A stretch of DNA of 32,000 nt, taken from Methanopyrus kandleri AV19. Its GTDB lineage: Archaea > JAADCQ01 > Methanopyri > Methanopyrales > Methanopyraceae. The stretch spans positions 570,001-602,000 of the forward strand of contig NC_003551.1 of assembly GCF_000007185.1 (NCBI RefSeq). Reading direction: 5' to 3'. The stretch's first letter is position 1. Every line of letters starts with the position of its first letter. The position numbers and the translations under genes are program-made. This document shows, piece after piece, positions 1 to 9,229 of this stretch. The notes beneath the pieces are model-generated. The model worked only from the letters and a program-made list of their open reading frames with translations, searched no databases and had not been told where the DNA came from.

Positions 1-273
1 GACACTCCAGTCTTCGAGACCCGCGGGAAGTTCGAGCTGATCTCACTGGAAGGCCTGCTGTTCGACGACGGTTCCTATCACCTGCACGCGTCGGTATCGG
101 ACGAGAACGGGCACACGCTATCGGGGCACGTCAAGGGGTTCGAGGTTTACACCACCGTGGAGTTGGTGCTGCTCCGGTTGAACGCACGCCTCGAGCGTGG
201 ACGTGACCCTCACACCGGGTACAGGGAACTTACCCGCGTTATTCCGTCAGCACGCGACACCCGCGCTCGGTGA
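1..273 (+). CDS. PPC/DUF296-like domain protein, C-terminal part (5' end outside window)
   Basis: Frame 1 is open from base 1 to TGA at 271-273. It is absent from the ORF track because no start lies in the window. The translation ...GKFELISLEGLLFDDGSYHLHASVSDENGHTLSGHVKGFEVYTTVELVLLRL... resembles the core of PPC (DUF296) domains. It overlaps the 3' end of convergent map by 35 nt. Confidence 0.5.
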   Translation, partial: DTPVFETRGKFELISLEGLLFDDGSYHLHASVSDENGHTLSGHVKGFEVYTTVELVLLRLNARLERGRDPHTGYRELTRVIPSARDTRAR

Positions 274-1111
274 CCACTACCGTATGCTCCCACTGGGCCA
301 CCGGTTCCCCGTTCACCTCGACGAGCTCGGGGTAAGCCTTCACGGCTCCCAGCTTACTAAGTCTCAGCAGTTCGAACTTCACCCTCGGAGCCTTCCCCAC
401 CCAACGTCGGGCGAAAGGCAGTGACTTCCGGTCCTCGTAGATCCGGTGCAGGTTCAGGCGGGATCGTTGATTAGGGTTCCGCACTGAGAAAATCTCGACG
501 GTCGAGCCGGGTTTCACGTCTCCCTCTCCGTCCTCAGTGGTTACGAACGGTTCGACTGCCAGTACCATTCCCTCCTCGAGCTTGTCTTCGTACCCTGGTA
601 GGTCGTCGTTGGGGATCGAAACGCCGGCGTGTAGGTTCCACGGTTCGATCTGATGTCCTGTGAGTCCGATAACCGGCTTGAAACCGCGATCTCGACACAC
701 CTCACCGATGGCCCTCCCGACCTCGCGACACTCGACGCCCGGTCGGATCGTCTCTATGGCCGCTTCGAGGGCCTCGCGGGCGGCCTCCGCCAATCGCTCC
801 CCTAAGTCGTTGTCGAAGGACAGCGTGATCGCCGCGTCCCCGATGGCGCCGTTAACGTGAGCGCCTATGTCGACCTTCAGGATGTCCCCGGGCGATACCT
901 CGACCTCGTCGTCCGGGCTCGGCGTGTAATGAGCAGCCACCTCGTTCAGCGATAGGTTTACCGGAAACGCCGGTTCTGCCCCTTGATCCCTCACGCACTC
1001 CTCGAGGTATTCGGCTATTTCCAGCAGTCGGTCTCCGATGTCGATCTCCCGGGCAGCCCTACGGAGGACCCTTTTGACCACCTTTCCGGCTTCCTGGAAC
1101 TCATCGTCCAC
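239..1111 (-). CDS. map: Methionine aminopeptidase, archaeal type 2
   Basis: 290-aa ORF with a GTG start. The pita-bread fold motifs are recognisable (FPVNLSLNEVAAHYTPS, DILKVDIGAHVNGAIGDAA, GHQIEPWNLHAG, LAVEPF, AQWEHTVVVTE). Confidence 0.9.
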   Translation of the reverse strand: MDDEFQEAGKVVKRVLRRAAREIDIGDRLLEIAEYLEECVRDQGAEPAFPVNLSLNEVAAHYTPSPDDEVEVSPGDILKVDIGAHVNGAIGDAAITLSFDNDLGERLAEAAREALEAAIETIRPGVECREVGRAIGEVCRDRGFKPVIGLTGHQIEPWNLHAGVSIPNDDLPGYEDKLEEGMVLAVEPFVTTEDGEGDVKPGSTVEIFSVRNPNQRSRLNLHRIYEDRKSLPFARRWVGKAPRVKFELLRLSKLGAVKAYPELVEVNGEPVAQWEHTVVVTERGCRVLTE

Positions 1112-1137
1112 GTCCGGTCCCCCGGGGGAGACGCTCC

Positions 1138-1800
1138 GTGGAAACGGTTAGAATATCCGTGCTGGACGTAGTGCGACGCATCGCGGACGTCGCGGCCCTA
1201 AGCGTTTTCGAGGTGATCAGGGACGGCCCCCTCGACGTACTCGGATGCACGGTGTTCAACATCGAGCTCGCGCGACGACTAGTAAACAAAGGCTTGGACG
1301 TCCGGCTGGTCTCTTCAGAAGTGGGCGGTCCGAAGGGCTTGCCCGTGGTCGAGGAGCCCGCGTCCGATACGCTGCTGGTGACAGAACCGCTGACGTTTTA
1401 CTCCGAATACCACCTGCTTCGGTCTCACGCTCTCGTTCTCATGTTCAGGTACGGGAACCCTGGATTCAAAGAGTGCTTGCGGGGTCTGGATTGTACGATG
1501 TTGCTACCCGAGATCGAGGGGCGACCTCTACCGGATCTTCACACGGCGTTCGTGGCGGTGCTTCAGGAGGCTGTGACATCTGCCTCTGAGGGACATCACG
1601 TCGTAGGGCTCCGCGTCTCCGACACTTCGGATTACTTCATACCTAACTCAGATCCGGCGGAGGTGAAGCGACGCGATGACGCGATCGTGGTGAGGGCCAT
1701 ACCTCCCTACCGGCTGAGGGAAGGTAGGGTTTGGGAAGCCGTAGCTCGGGCGGTCGATCAGGTACGATTCAGGAGGGTGTCCCGGTGCTTCCAAAAGTAG
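1138..1800 (+). CDS. Hypothetical protein, no family recognised
   Basis: 220-aa ORF with protein-like composition. The GTG start is preceded by GGGGGAG about 10 nt upstream. It is divergent from map with only 26 nt between the starts. Confidence 0.45.
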   Translation: METVRISVLDVVRRIADVAALSVFEVIRDGPLDVLGCTVFNIELARRLVNKGLDVRLVSSEVGGPKGLPVVEEPASDTLLVTEPLTFYSEYHLLRSHALVLMFRYGNPGFKECLRGLDCTMLLPEIEGRPLPDLHTAFVAVLQEAVTSASEGHHVVGLRVSDTSDYFIPNSDPAEVKRRDDAIVVRAIPPYRLREGRVWEAVARAVDQVRFRRVSRCFQK

Positions 1801-2066
1801 GCACCCACCCCTCCGAGACAAACCGCGGGGACCAACAGATGGAAAAGATCGCCCAGCAGATCCCGCCCGGCGAGACATGCTAAGAATACCACGGCGAGTG
1901 CTAAACCATCCCCTTCCCCGGGACATATCACGTGAGTTGCGGCTAGGAACACGGCGGCTACGATGCACACCCACGCGGGGTAAGAGTACGCCGCGGGTGC
2001 TAGGGATACCAAAAACACGACACGTAGCCACCGTTTACTACGGAGGTTCAACGGGAACTTCTTCAC
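1758..2066 (-). CDS. Small hydrophobic (membrane) protein
   Basis: 102-aa ORF with 3 hydrophobic stretches. It overlaps the upstream UPF0058-like gene by 29 nt, as in an operon. It also overlaps the 3' end of ORF 1138..1800. Confidence 0.4.
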   Translation of the reverse strand: MKKFPLNLRSKRWLRVVFLVSLAPAAYSYPAWVCIVAAVFLAATHVICPGEGDGLALAVVFLACLAGRDLLGDLFHLLVPAVCLGGVGAYFWKHRDTLLNRT

Positions 2067-2349
2067 CCCTCCTCTTCAGCTCCTCGAAGAGTTCTTCCAA
2101 CAGCTTCCCCAGCCGCTGTCCCAAACCCTCCGCCTTCGGTAGCTCCGAGCTGATAGCCCTGGCGATAACGTACGCTAGCAGGAATACGGCACACTTATGT
2201 TGTAGTTTCGTTTTATGTAGATGGCCCGGTTTCACATTGAACTCATCGTATAGCTTTACGTCGTCCTCCCTAGTTTTCCCCTCCATCTTTAGATACTCCA
2301 AAACATAGTAAAGAACCGAGTGGAGGAGGAAGAGTTCGTCCTTTTTCAT
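2038..2349 (-). CDS. Small conserved archaeal protein, UPF0058-like
   Basis: 103 aa. MKKDELFLLHSVLYYVLEYL...KPGHLHKTKLQHKCAVFLLAYVIARAI resembles my memory of the UPF0058 family (ELxxLHxxL...H.H.sK.eHK.A.f.L). The start lies 15 nt downstream of the Lon-like stop. Confidence 0.5.
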   Translation of the reverse strand: MKKDELFLLHSVLYYVLEYLKMEGKTREDDVKLYDEFNVKPGHLHKTKLQHKCAVFLLAYVIARAISSELPKAEGLGQRLGKLLEELFEELKRRGEEVPVEPP

Positions 2350-2364
2350 CGGGGGTGCACCCCG

Positions 2365-3897
2365 TTAAATGTACCCTCGTTTATCCTCTTGGTGGTAGTA
2401 TGAATCGGTCGTATCGCCCTGAATAACGCGCTGTTGCGCGGCCGGTGAGGAGAGCGAGCATGTAGCTACATCTCGTCTCAGGCCTTCCTCGAGTGAGCCG
2501 TACTCCTCTATGATCTGATCTTCGACGGGTTTCGCCTTCTTGATGGCGGCCCGAACGTGCTTGGGTTCAATGTACTTCGCGCCCTCCATCACCGCGAGGT
2601 CTCCCGCCAACCTCACGACCCCAGACAGGTCACGGAGCCGCAGAGTGAGGGCGTCTCTCTCACCATCTATCACTCTGGCGCGTCGTCGCGCCTCCTTCAC
2701 GATCTCTTCGACGGCCTCTCGGGTGGCGTGTGGGATCCGTCCATCCCGCTCCACTTCTTGGGCGACGAACTGTGCCAACTTGGCCCGGTTCTCTTCGGTA
2801 TCCGGCATCGTGGTTTTCATTAGGACTTCGTATCCTTCACCTTGGATACGCGATCGTAGCGGTGATAAGATCATTGGAAGGTCCTGGATGTTGCACGCCC
2901 CTACGAGGATGAAATCGCACGGGACGCCCTCCACGCGTACCGCCGCGCCTGATGACTGCGGGTTCTTACCGGTGATCGGGTACTCCTTTTCCTGCATCGC
3001 CGTGAGCAGGTGTTGCTGAAGGGGACCCAACTGTGCGAGTTCGTCGATGAACAGGACGCCTTCATGGGCCTCGTGTACGGCCCCCGGGATCACGCGCTTG
3101 TACGGGGGCTCACCCAGCTGCTCGTCGCCTCCCCAGGGACAGTGTTTCACGTCGCCCAACAGCTCCGTTTCGCTCGCACCCGTAGCTTGGACGAACGGTT
3201 TCCTATCGAGAGGCACCAGTACTTTCTTCTCCTCTCCCTCGGAGTCGGGCTTGACGACCCGGATTCTGTCGCCCACGCGTTCGTAAATCACCGCCACTTG
3301 GCGGCTCGTAGCTCGGTCGTATTGGGTGGCCCGGTAGGTACGAGCGGAATACTTCTGCGCTCCACACCTAGGACAGTATCGACAGTCCGGATCGCTGTAC
3401 TCCCCACAACTCGGGCATCGGAATCCGAGCTGTTCAGCGACCGGCTCAGGGACCTCCTCGGGCGACAGTAGTGTGTCCGAGTCTTCCTTCTCGACCTCGT
3501 CTCGCGTGCGGACCTTCACGATGGGACGTTCCGGGTTGGCGGGGTTGTGATACACCTCGATCTGCTCACGGGGTTTGGGCAGCAGTTCGGCAATTCCCTG
3601 AGCGATCATGCTTTTACCAACGCCCGGCGGACCGACGAGGAGGAGATGCCTACGCTGCTTTGCGGCGAGCTTGGCGTACTCCACGGCGTGGTCTTGGCCT
3701 ATCACCATGTCCAGTGGGTTGTCAGGAATCTTGATGTCGGCCGTCGTCTCGATATCGTCCAGGGTGAAGTCCTTCTTCACGGGATCGATAAGATCTTTTT
3801 CATCACGCTCATTCTCGGAACTCTTCTTATCTTTGCTAGAGTCTTTTTTCCGAAGCAATTTATCTAGCAAGCCCGAGGAAAGCACGTTGTGCGGCAT
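2365..3897 (-). CDS. LonB-like AAA+ ATPase with Zn-ribbon insertion, no protease domain
   Basis: Walker A GPPGVGKS, Walker B LFIDEL, and a LonB-type block ([14 protein letters not shown]...[10 protein letters not shown]...LRSRI). The track ORF extends to 3957. I prefer ATG at 3897 (MPHNV...) because GAGGTG lies 8 nt upstream and 3957 would overlap dnaG. The protein ends about 40 aa after the AAA+ alpha-domain, with no Ser-Lys protease domain. Confidence 0.8.
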   Translation of the reverse strand: MPHNVLSSGLLDKLLRKKDSSKDKKSSENERDEKDLIDPVKKDFTLDDIETTADIKIPDNPLDMVIGQDHAVEYAKLAAKQRRHLLLVGPPGVGKSMIAQGIAELLPKPREQIEVYHNPANPERPIVKVRTRDEVEKEDSDTLLSPEEVPEPVAEQLGFRCPSCGEYSDPDCRYCPRCGAQKYSARTYRATQYDRATSRQVAVIYERVGDRIRVVKPDSEGEEKKVLVPLDRKPFVQATGASETELLGDVKHCPWGGDEQLGEPPYKRVIPGAVHEAHEGVLFIDELAQLGPLQQHLLTAMQEKEYPITGKNPQSSGAAVRVEGVPCDFILVGACNIQDLPMILSPLRSRIQGEGYEVLMKTTMPDTEENRAKLAQFVAQEVERDGRIPHATREAVEEIVKEARRRARVIDGERDALTLRLRDLSGVVRLAGDLAVMEGAKYIEPKHVRAAIKKAKPVEDQIIEEYGSLEEGLRRDVATCSLSSPAAQQRVIQGDTTDSYYHQEDKRGYI

Positions 3898-3931
3898 ATG
3901 AAACCACCTCAGACTCGGGATTAGGCTAGGG

Positions 3932-5161
3932 CTAAGACATCGTGATGATCTTAACATCTTTCTTGATCTCGGGATCGAGATCTCCTTCTTTCACGCCCAC
4001 TACGTACTTCACACCCTTCTCGCGGGCTGCTTCGACGAGTCGACGCGTGATCACACCGTCTAGGACTACAGCTCGTACGCCGTCCTCGGATTTCAGCTTC
4101 TCGACCAACTCATCGAGTTCCACTTCTTTAACTGGCTTTAAACCCTCGTCGAGGAACTCCGCGCGGAACGTGCCCTTGAGGCGCTTCAACCTGTCAAGCA
4201 AGCGGCGCTCTTGAGGGCCACGTTTCGGTCGCGCCTTCTTCTTACGTGGGCGGCCCCGTCTCTCGGGTCTTTTCTTGGGTTTGGGCTTCTTGCCTTTCTC
4301 CCTCTCCTTATCCTTGGGACGTTCACCGATCTCCTTTAGGTACTCCTCTACCGGGACCTTCCTCTCGAGCGCCCGTTTGATCTCCTTTCTGGTCAGCTCC
4401 TCCACTTCCTTGCCTTTTGGCGCCTTCGCGACGTAGTCCACGTCGGCCACTTGGAGCAGTTCCTTTAGAATCAGCTCGCCGCCGCGATCCCCGTCAACGA
4501 ACGCCGTCACGGTCTTCTCCTTGGAGAGTTCTACGATCGCCTCCGGTACGTTGGTGCCCTCCACAGCGATCACGTTTTTGATCCCGCACCGGAGCAAGTT
4601 CGCGACGTCCGCCCGTCCCTCCACCACTATGATCGCGTCCGAATCCTCCACGTTCGGTCCGGCCGGTAGGCCCTTGTACTCCTCGACCTCGACGTCCTCC
4701 ACGGCCTCTTTCACCTTCTGCACGAGTTCACTGCTGTCCGGTGTCACTTCGCTCACCATTTCACGCAGAATCTCGCGAGCTCTGCGGATCATCCGCTCCC
4801 GCTTCTCTTTCCGGATATCGTCTATCGACACCACCTCCACTTCGGCCCGACACGGGCCGATTCTGTCGACTTGCTCCAACGCAGCGGCTACCAGGGCGGT
4901 CTCCACACGATCCAGGCTCGACGGGACTATGATCTCACCTACGGTTTTTCCGTTCTCGTTCCGCAGCTTGACGTCAATACGGCCTATACGGCCCGTTTTT
5001 AACAGCCGACGCAGGTCGAGGTCGTCGCCTAATAGCCCCTCCGTCTGGCCGAAGATGGCGCCCACGACGTCCGGACGTTCCACGTAACCGTTAGCACGTA
5101 GTTTGGCCCGGATGACGTATTTGACGGCCCCATTACCGTAATCGGTGCGCCCTTTCGACAA
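3932..5161 (-). CDS. dnaG: Archaeal DnaG-type primase/TOPRIM protein
   Basis: 409 aa, TTG start with GGAGGG upstream. The N-terminus is typical ([40 protein letters not shown]), as is the TOPRIM core ([13 protein letters not shown]...[11 protein letters not shown]). It contains a K/R-rich insertion ([27 protein letters not shown]). Confidence 0.9.
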   Translation of the reverse strand: MSKGRTDYGNGAVKYVIRAKLRANGYVERPDVVGAIFGQTEGLLGDDLDLRRLLKTGRIGRIDVKLRNENGKTVGEIIVPSSLDRVETALVAAALEQVDRIGPCRAEVEVVSIDDIRKEKRERMIRRAREILREMVSEVTPDSSELVQKVKEAVEDVEVEEYKGLPAGPNVEDSDAIIVVEGRADVANLLRCGIKNVIAVEGTNVPEAIVELSKEKTVTAFVDGDRGGELILKELLQVADVDYVAKAPKGKEVEELTRKEIKRALERKVPVEEYLKEIGERPKDKEREKGKKPKPKKRPERRGRPRKKKARPKRGPQERRLLDRLKRLKGTFRAEFLDEGLKPVKEVELDELVEKLKSEDGVRAVVLDGVITRRLVEAAREKGVKYVVGVKEGDLDPEIKKDVKIITMS

Positions 5162-5279
5162 TACTATCCCTCCCTCGCACGACCATGAGGAGTGAAGGAT
5201 GAGCGCGAACTCGGTTTCCCAGCACCCCCTCGTCGTTCGGGGAATAATAAGGTTGCTTCAAGCCGGGGCGGAAAGGGCG

Positions 5280-6332
5280 TTATAGTGGCGGGGAGTTGAG
5301 CACGCCGAGTGCGCTGTCCGTGGCGTCCATGGAGGCCTCCGGATCCTCCTCCAACTCGGTCATCGCGCGGATAGCGTCCACGTTCTCGGGTACGACGTCG
5401 GCCTCCTGGTGCACGGCCTGCATGTAGTAGAGCACGCCGTCCTCCACGTTGATGGACTCTTCCCAAACCAGTATCTCGTACAGGTCGTACCGCTTCCTAC
5501 CGAGGTCACGTCCCAACTCGATTAACTCGGCCGTGGAACCGAGCCCCTCCCCGTGCGGTACCACCCATATCCTTCTCGCCTCCTCGAACGCGTCGATGAC
5601 GTCGTCCGACGTGACCTCTTCCTTCAGCTCCACCCTGACAACGTGCATGTGCATGAGCGTCGTCGGCACCTTCACGGCCGCTGTCGTAATGTCGATGTCC
5701 GGCATCACGGTCTTAACATCCGGTCCGTGGTGGGACGGCACCGTCACCGGGTTCGGCGCGATGGCGTTGATAGGTCCCTTCTTCACCTGGTGCGGGTCGG
5801 CCGCCCGACGTACGATCGTCACGTAGACACGCCCGAGCTCGAACTCCTCCTTCAGCGTCCCTAGCGTGCGGCACAGGGCCGTGGTGTTGCACGACACACA
5901 CCGGACGTAGTCAGCCCCCAGGGCCTCCTCGTAGTTACATTGGGCGACGAACGACACCTCGGCGACTTCCGCCTCCTCGCCACCTTGGAAGATCGCCTTA
6001 ACCCCGGCTTTCTCGTATAGCGTCTCTTTGTTCCGGGCTCCGATGCCTTCGGGGGTGCAGTCCACGACGACGTCCAACCCGTAGTCCTCGGCGTTCAGCA
6101 CCACGTCTTCCACGGTACCCTCGGTCTCGATTCCTGCATCTTCGAACCTCTCAACGCGGTCTTCCGGCACGAACAGCGGGTAACCGTACTCCTCGACGGC
6201 CAACCGGGCCAGGTAATCCGGCGACGTTTTGACCACTCCGAGTACTTCCATGTCACGCTGAGCGTCGACGGCATCGGCGACTCTCTTACCGATGGTTCCG
6301 TACCCGTTGATCAACACGCTAACGTCGGCCAA
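5280..6332 (-). CDS. gap: Glyceraldehyde-3-phosphate dehydrogenase, archaeal type II
   Basis: 350 aa, TTG start. NGYGTIGKRVADA Rossmann motif, catalytic SCNTT, and HHGPDV. Confidence 0.92.
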   Translation of the reverse strand: MADVSVLINGYGTIGKRVADAVDAQRDMEVLGVVKTSPDYLARLAVEEYGYPLFVPEDRVERFEDAGIETEGTVEDVVLNAEDYGLDVVVDCTPEGIGARNKETLYEKAGVKAIFQGGEEAEVAEVSFVAQCNYEEALGADYVRCVSCNTTALCRTLGTLKEEFELGRVYVTIVRRAADPHQVKKGPINAIAPNPVTVPSHHGPDVKTVMPDIDITTAAVKVPTTLMHMHVVRVELKEEVTSDDVIDAFEEARRIWVVPHGEGLGSTAELIELGRDLGRKRYDLYEILVWEESINVEDGVLYYMQAVHQEADVVPENVDAIRAMTELEEDPEASMDATDSALGVLNSPPL

Positions 6333-6439
6333 GACCCGCCTCCCCCGCGCGCTGCCCGTAACTCGGAGCTTAAATTAGCGCCGTTCGGATCCCGCGTGAT
6401 GGATAATAAGGCGGTGGAAATGTACCTCCCGCGATTAAC

Positions 6440-6700
6440 ACTCCCCGGTCACCGGTCACCGGACTGGCTCATCCCTTGTCCGGGGAGGACCCTCGCGCGG
6501 GAGGCTATCCCCGCCTGTCCCGCGTCGGGGTTGACCGTCCGGTCATCCCCGGTCCTCACGACCGTGTCCCGGAGGGACCGTGCGACGCGGGTGTACCCCG
6601 GGTCTCGACCCCGGGCTTCACGGCCTAGGGTATCCTCCCCGCTCCACCCGGGTCGGCGGGGCCCCGGGGCGGGGACGGCGGGGGATTCCACCGGAAAGAA
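6440..6700. ncRNA. Candidate structured ncRNA (identity and strand unresolved)
   Basis: This is a 520-nt gap between gap and tfb, and its core is visibly more GC-rich than the flanking CDS. Nested long-range complementarities are present: 6481-6489 with 6633-6641, and 6519-6527 (CCCGCGTCG) with 6583-6591 (CGACGCGGG). Several local hairpins lie inside. The ORFs here are Arg/Pro/Gly-rich and not protein-like. Confidence 0.3.
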
Positions 6701-6852
6701 CGTGACTTGTGGGTGACCTTGAAGGTTACCCCGGTTGCTTCCCCTACGTGTGTGAGATTGGTATATGGTGGGGGTAGAGCGCGCGATCGTAGTCCCACGG
6801 TCGGATCGCGAGTTTCGGAAACGCCGTGGTTTCTGTGTTTCCCTCGAGGGTC

Positions 6853-7878
6853 TCACGCCGGCACGTCGATCTTAGTTGGGTCCGGAACTTCCAGGCCCAG
6901 CTCCTCGGCCAGCTCCTTGTACCGATTCCTGATCGTGACTTCGGTAACTCCCGAGATCTTCGCAACCTCGGGCTGTGTCCGACGGCACGTTCGGAGCTTC
7001 TCGTTGAGCTCACGTTCGAGCTTCTCCTTCTCTTCCTCCGACTCGGCCTCCTTCATCTTCTCGCGGTACTCCTCTATGTACTCCTTAGCCTTGAGGAGCC
7101 CGGCCAGGTACAGGGCCGCGCCCGCCAGTCCGGCCGGGTTGCGGCTCACGGTCAGGCCCTTCTTCTCGGCTTTCTCCAGGATCTCACGGGCTAGCATTTC
7201 GACATCTTCAGAGACACCCAGCTCGGTCGCGAATCGGGACAGGTACTGCTTCGGATCCGGAGCGGGCATACGCTCGTTCAGGTGCCGGAGTAGGACCCGA
7301 TGCGTTCGGTTGATGTCTTTGGGCGTGATCCCGAACAGTTTCGCAATCTCCTTGATAGTACGGGGGTGCTTACGCTTCTTACACGCCATGAACAGTGCGG
7401 CCGCGGCCGTGTTCTCGATCGACCTACCTCGGACTAGATCCTTCTCCACGGCCTTCCGATAAATCCGGATCGCTTCATCCACGATGGACCGGGGGATGTT
7501 AGCCTGCGAGCATACCCTCTCAATAAGTTCTACGGCGGATCGGATGTTCCTGCTGACCGGGTCGTTCGAAATCCACCTATCCCACCTCTTCAGACGCCTG
7601 AACCGCCAGTCCACGAGACGCCGACCGCGAGTGTCACGGTCATCGATGATCGTGTCCCCTAACTTGTGCGGATGACGCTCCGAGATGGGTGCACCCGTAC
7701 GCTCACGCTGCGCGCGCTGATCCGCGTTGAAGGCCCTCCACTCGGGCCCGTAGTCGATCAGATAGTCGACGACGGTGCCGCAGTCCCGACAGACCAGTTC
7801 CCCGTGCTTCTCGTCACGCTCTAGGTTCGTGCTGCCACACTTCGGGCACACCCGATGCTCCGACTCGGTGTAGACCAT
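6853..7878 (-). CDS. tfb: Transcription initiation factor TFB (TFIIB homologue)
   Basis: 341 aa. N-terminal Zn ribbon CPKCG...CRDCG, two cyclin repeats, and C-terminal VTEVTIRNRYKEL. A charged insertion of about 35 aa sits in repeat 2. Confidence 0.92.
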   Translation of the reverse strand: MVYTESEHRVCPKCGSTNLERDEKHGELVCRDCGTVVDYLIDYGPEWRAFNADQRAQRERTGAPISERHPHKLGDTIIDDRDTRGRRLVDWRFRRLKRWDRWISNDPVSRNIRSAVELIERVCSQANIPRSIVDEAIRIYRKAVEKDLVRGRSIENTAAAALFMACKKRKHPRTIKEIAKLFGITPKDINRTHRVLLRHLNERMPAPDPKQYLSRFATELGVSEDVEMLAREILEKAEKKGLTVSRNPAGLAGAALYLAGLLKAKEYIEEYREKMKEAESEEEKEKLERELNEKLRTCRRTQPEVAKISGVTEVTIRNRYKELAEELGLEVPDPTKIDVPA

Positions 7879-7943
7879 GGCGGCCTCACCCCCTTACGCC
7901 GGGAAACGGCCCGGTTGGCTTTTCGGGAAAGATTTTAAATAGA

Positions 7944-8234
7944 TTACTCCCCGCTGCGCGGGCACAGTCCCACCGCGAGCACGGCCAACGAGCAGACCAG
8001 GGCCAGCCGGTACGTTAGCGGCGTGTCCAGTCCCAACAGCTTCACTATCACGGTCACCGCGACGATAGCGCCGACGGAGTGTGCGGTCGCCTTGACCCAG
8101 CGTTCGTCGATCTCACTCTCGCCGGACTTGAGCGCGGGCAGACCCTTGCGCACCACCACGTAGCAGGCCAACCCCAATATCACGGCCTCCACGATCGGCG
8201 CCGCCAGGTACTCCTCGATCATCGTCCCGGTCAT
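7944..8234 (-). CDS. Small membrane protein
   Basis: 96 aa with 3 hydrophobic segments. Its ATG overlaps the TGA of the upstream SelA-like gene (ATGA at 8231-8234), which suggests translational coupling. Confidence 0.5.
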   Translation of the reverse strand: MTGTMIEEYLAAPIVEAVILGLACYVVVRKGLPALKSGESEIDERWVKATAHSVGAIVAVTVIVKLLGLDTPLTYRLALVCSLAVLAVGLCPRSGE

Positions 8235-9229
8235 GACAGCTCCCCCTTCACGACCTCGACGAACCGATCGTAACCGAACCGCTCCGCGTCCTCCGTCAGA
8301 AGATTGAAGCGCAAGGTTCTATCCACACGCTCGTAACCCAGGGCGGTTATGGTCATAATCCCGTACCGTCGCAGCAACCCGAGCCCTATCTCCACCTCCC
8401 GTTCCACCCCGTGGAACACCAGACCCGCACCCGTCCGTTCCACGTCGAGCTCGTCCTTGAGCCGCTCGTACACGCGTTCAAGTTCCTTTAACCGAGCTTC
8501 CAGTGAGCTCAACTCGAACTCTTCAAAGGCCCTTTTTACGGCCGCGAGCGTCGGTCCATCGACCGTCCAACCGTATCCTTCGCAGACCCGCCGCACGCCC
8601 TCCACGAGGTCGTCCCGTCCGATCAGCACGCCGGCGCGTGGCCCGTCCATCAGCTTGTCGCAGCTCGTTACCACTAGGTCGAACCCGTACCTCGGACCCG
8701 GCTTTTGGCCGTGCAATCGACGTACTCGGTCGCCCGAAGCGTCGTCCAGCAGCGTCACGGCCTCCGCGGAGGCGACCTCCCTCAGAGTGTCCTCGCTTAC
8801 CACGTTCCAACGCACGTCGCAACCCGTTACGACCACGAGATCGAACCCGTCGAGATCGGGTATCTCCGACTCCTCGACCTCCTCGTACTCCGCCCCCGCC
8901 AACCTGCAGCCTTCCTCCACGCATGGGTGGGCTTCACCGTCCTCGGGTAGTACGTGCAACACACTCCTCGGCTCGAGGGCCAGGATCGTCGCGATAACGG
9001 CCGCCGTCGTCCTAGGGGCCACCAGTACCTCGTACTCCGGAGCGTCGAAGTGCTCCCGACAGAGCTCCCGGATCTCCGGCAAAATCAGCGCTTCCGACAG
9101 ATAGGTACGGAGCTCGTCCGAGGCAGCGTCGACCTTCGGTCGCGACGCCAACCCGGTGAAGTCGTAGAGTGGGTCGCCCCGCGAGATCCTCTCCCTGATT
9201 ATCTCCAACGCTCGATCCCTAACCTTCAT
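8231..9229 (-). CDS. SelA-like PLP-dependent protein (MJ0158-type)
   Basis: The track ORF runs to 9589, but its first 120 aa are R/G-rich and overlap the upstream gene. ATG at 9229 (MKVRDRALEII...) forms an ATGA overlap with the upstream stop. The motif DLVVTSCDKLMDGPRAGVLIG matches the SelA PLP-lysine block (DLVxFSGDKLLGGPQAGII). Confidence 0.65.
   Translation of the reverse strand: MKVRDRALEIIRERISRGDPLYDFTGLASRPKVDAASDELRTYLSEALILPEIRELCREHFDAPEYEVLVAPRTTAAVIATILALEPRSVLHVLPEDGEAHPCVEEGCRLAGAEYEEVEESEIPDLDGFDLVVVTGCDVRWNVVSEDTLREVASAEAVTLLDDASGDRVRRLHGQKPGPRYGFDLVVTSCDKLMDGPRAGVLIGRDDLVEGVRRVCEGYGWTVDGPTLAAVKRAFEEFELSSLEARLKELERVYERLKDELDVERTGAGLVFHGVEREVEIGLGLLRRYGIMTITALGYERVDRTLRFNLLTEDAERFGYDRFVEVVKGELS

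Noticed and set aside
6440-6700. Specific assignment as RNase P RNA or SRP (7S) RNA
   Set aside because: I could not find the P4 GGAAAGUCC / ACAGAA...GGCUUA motifs or the SRP helix-8 GNAR plus AGCA loop motifs on either strand by eye. The identity is left open.
6396-6856. ORFs 6396..6716 (+) and 6449..6856 (-) as protein-coding genes
   Set aside because: Their translations are dominated by R/P/G/S, unlike the acidic proteins of this genome. No RBS-like GGTG/GGAG precedes the starts. The region is better explained as structured or non-coding DNA.
8503-8997. Long R/P/G/S-rich ORFs antisense or out of frame to real genes, for example 8349..9104, 8503..8997, 9830..10552, 10848..11360, 25877..26761, and the N-terminal portions of 26442.., 27390.. 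and 27875..
   Set aside because: These are the typical open shadow frames of a high-GC genome. Each overlaps a frame with clear family motifs.
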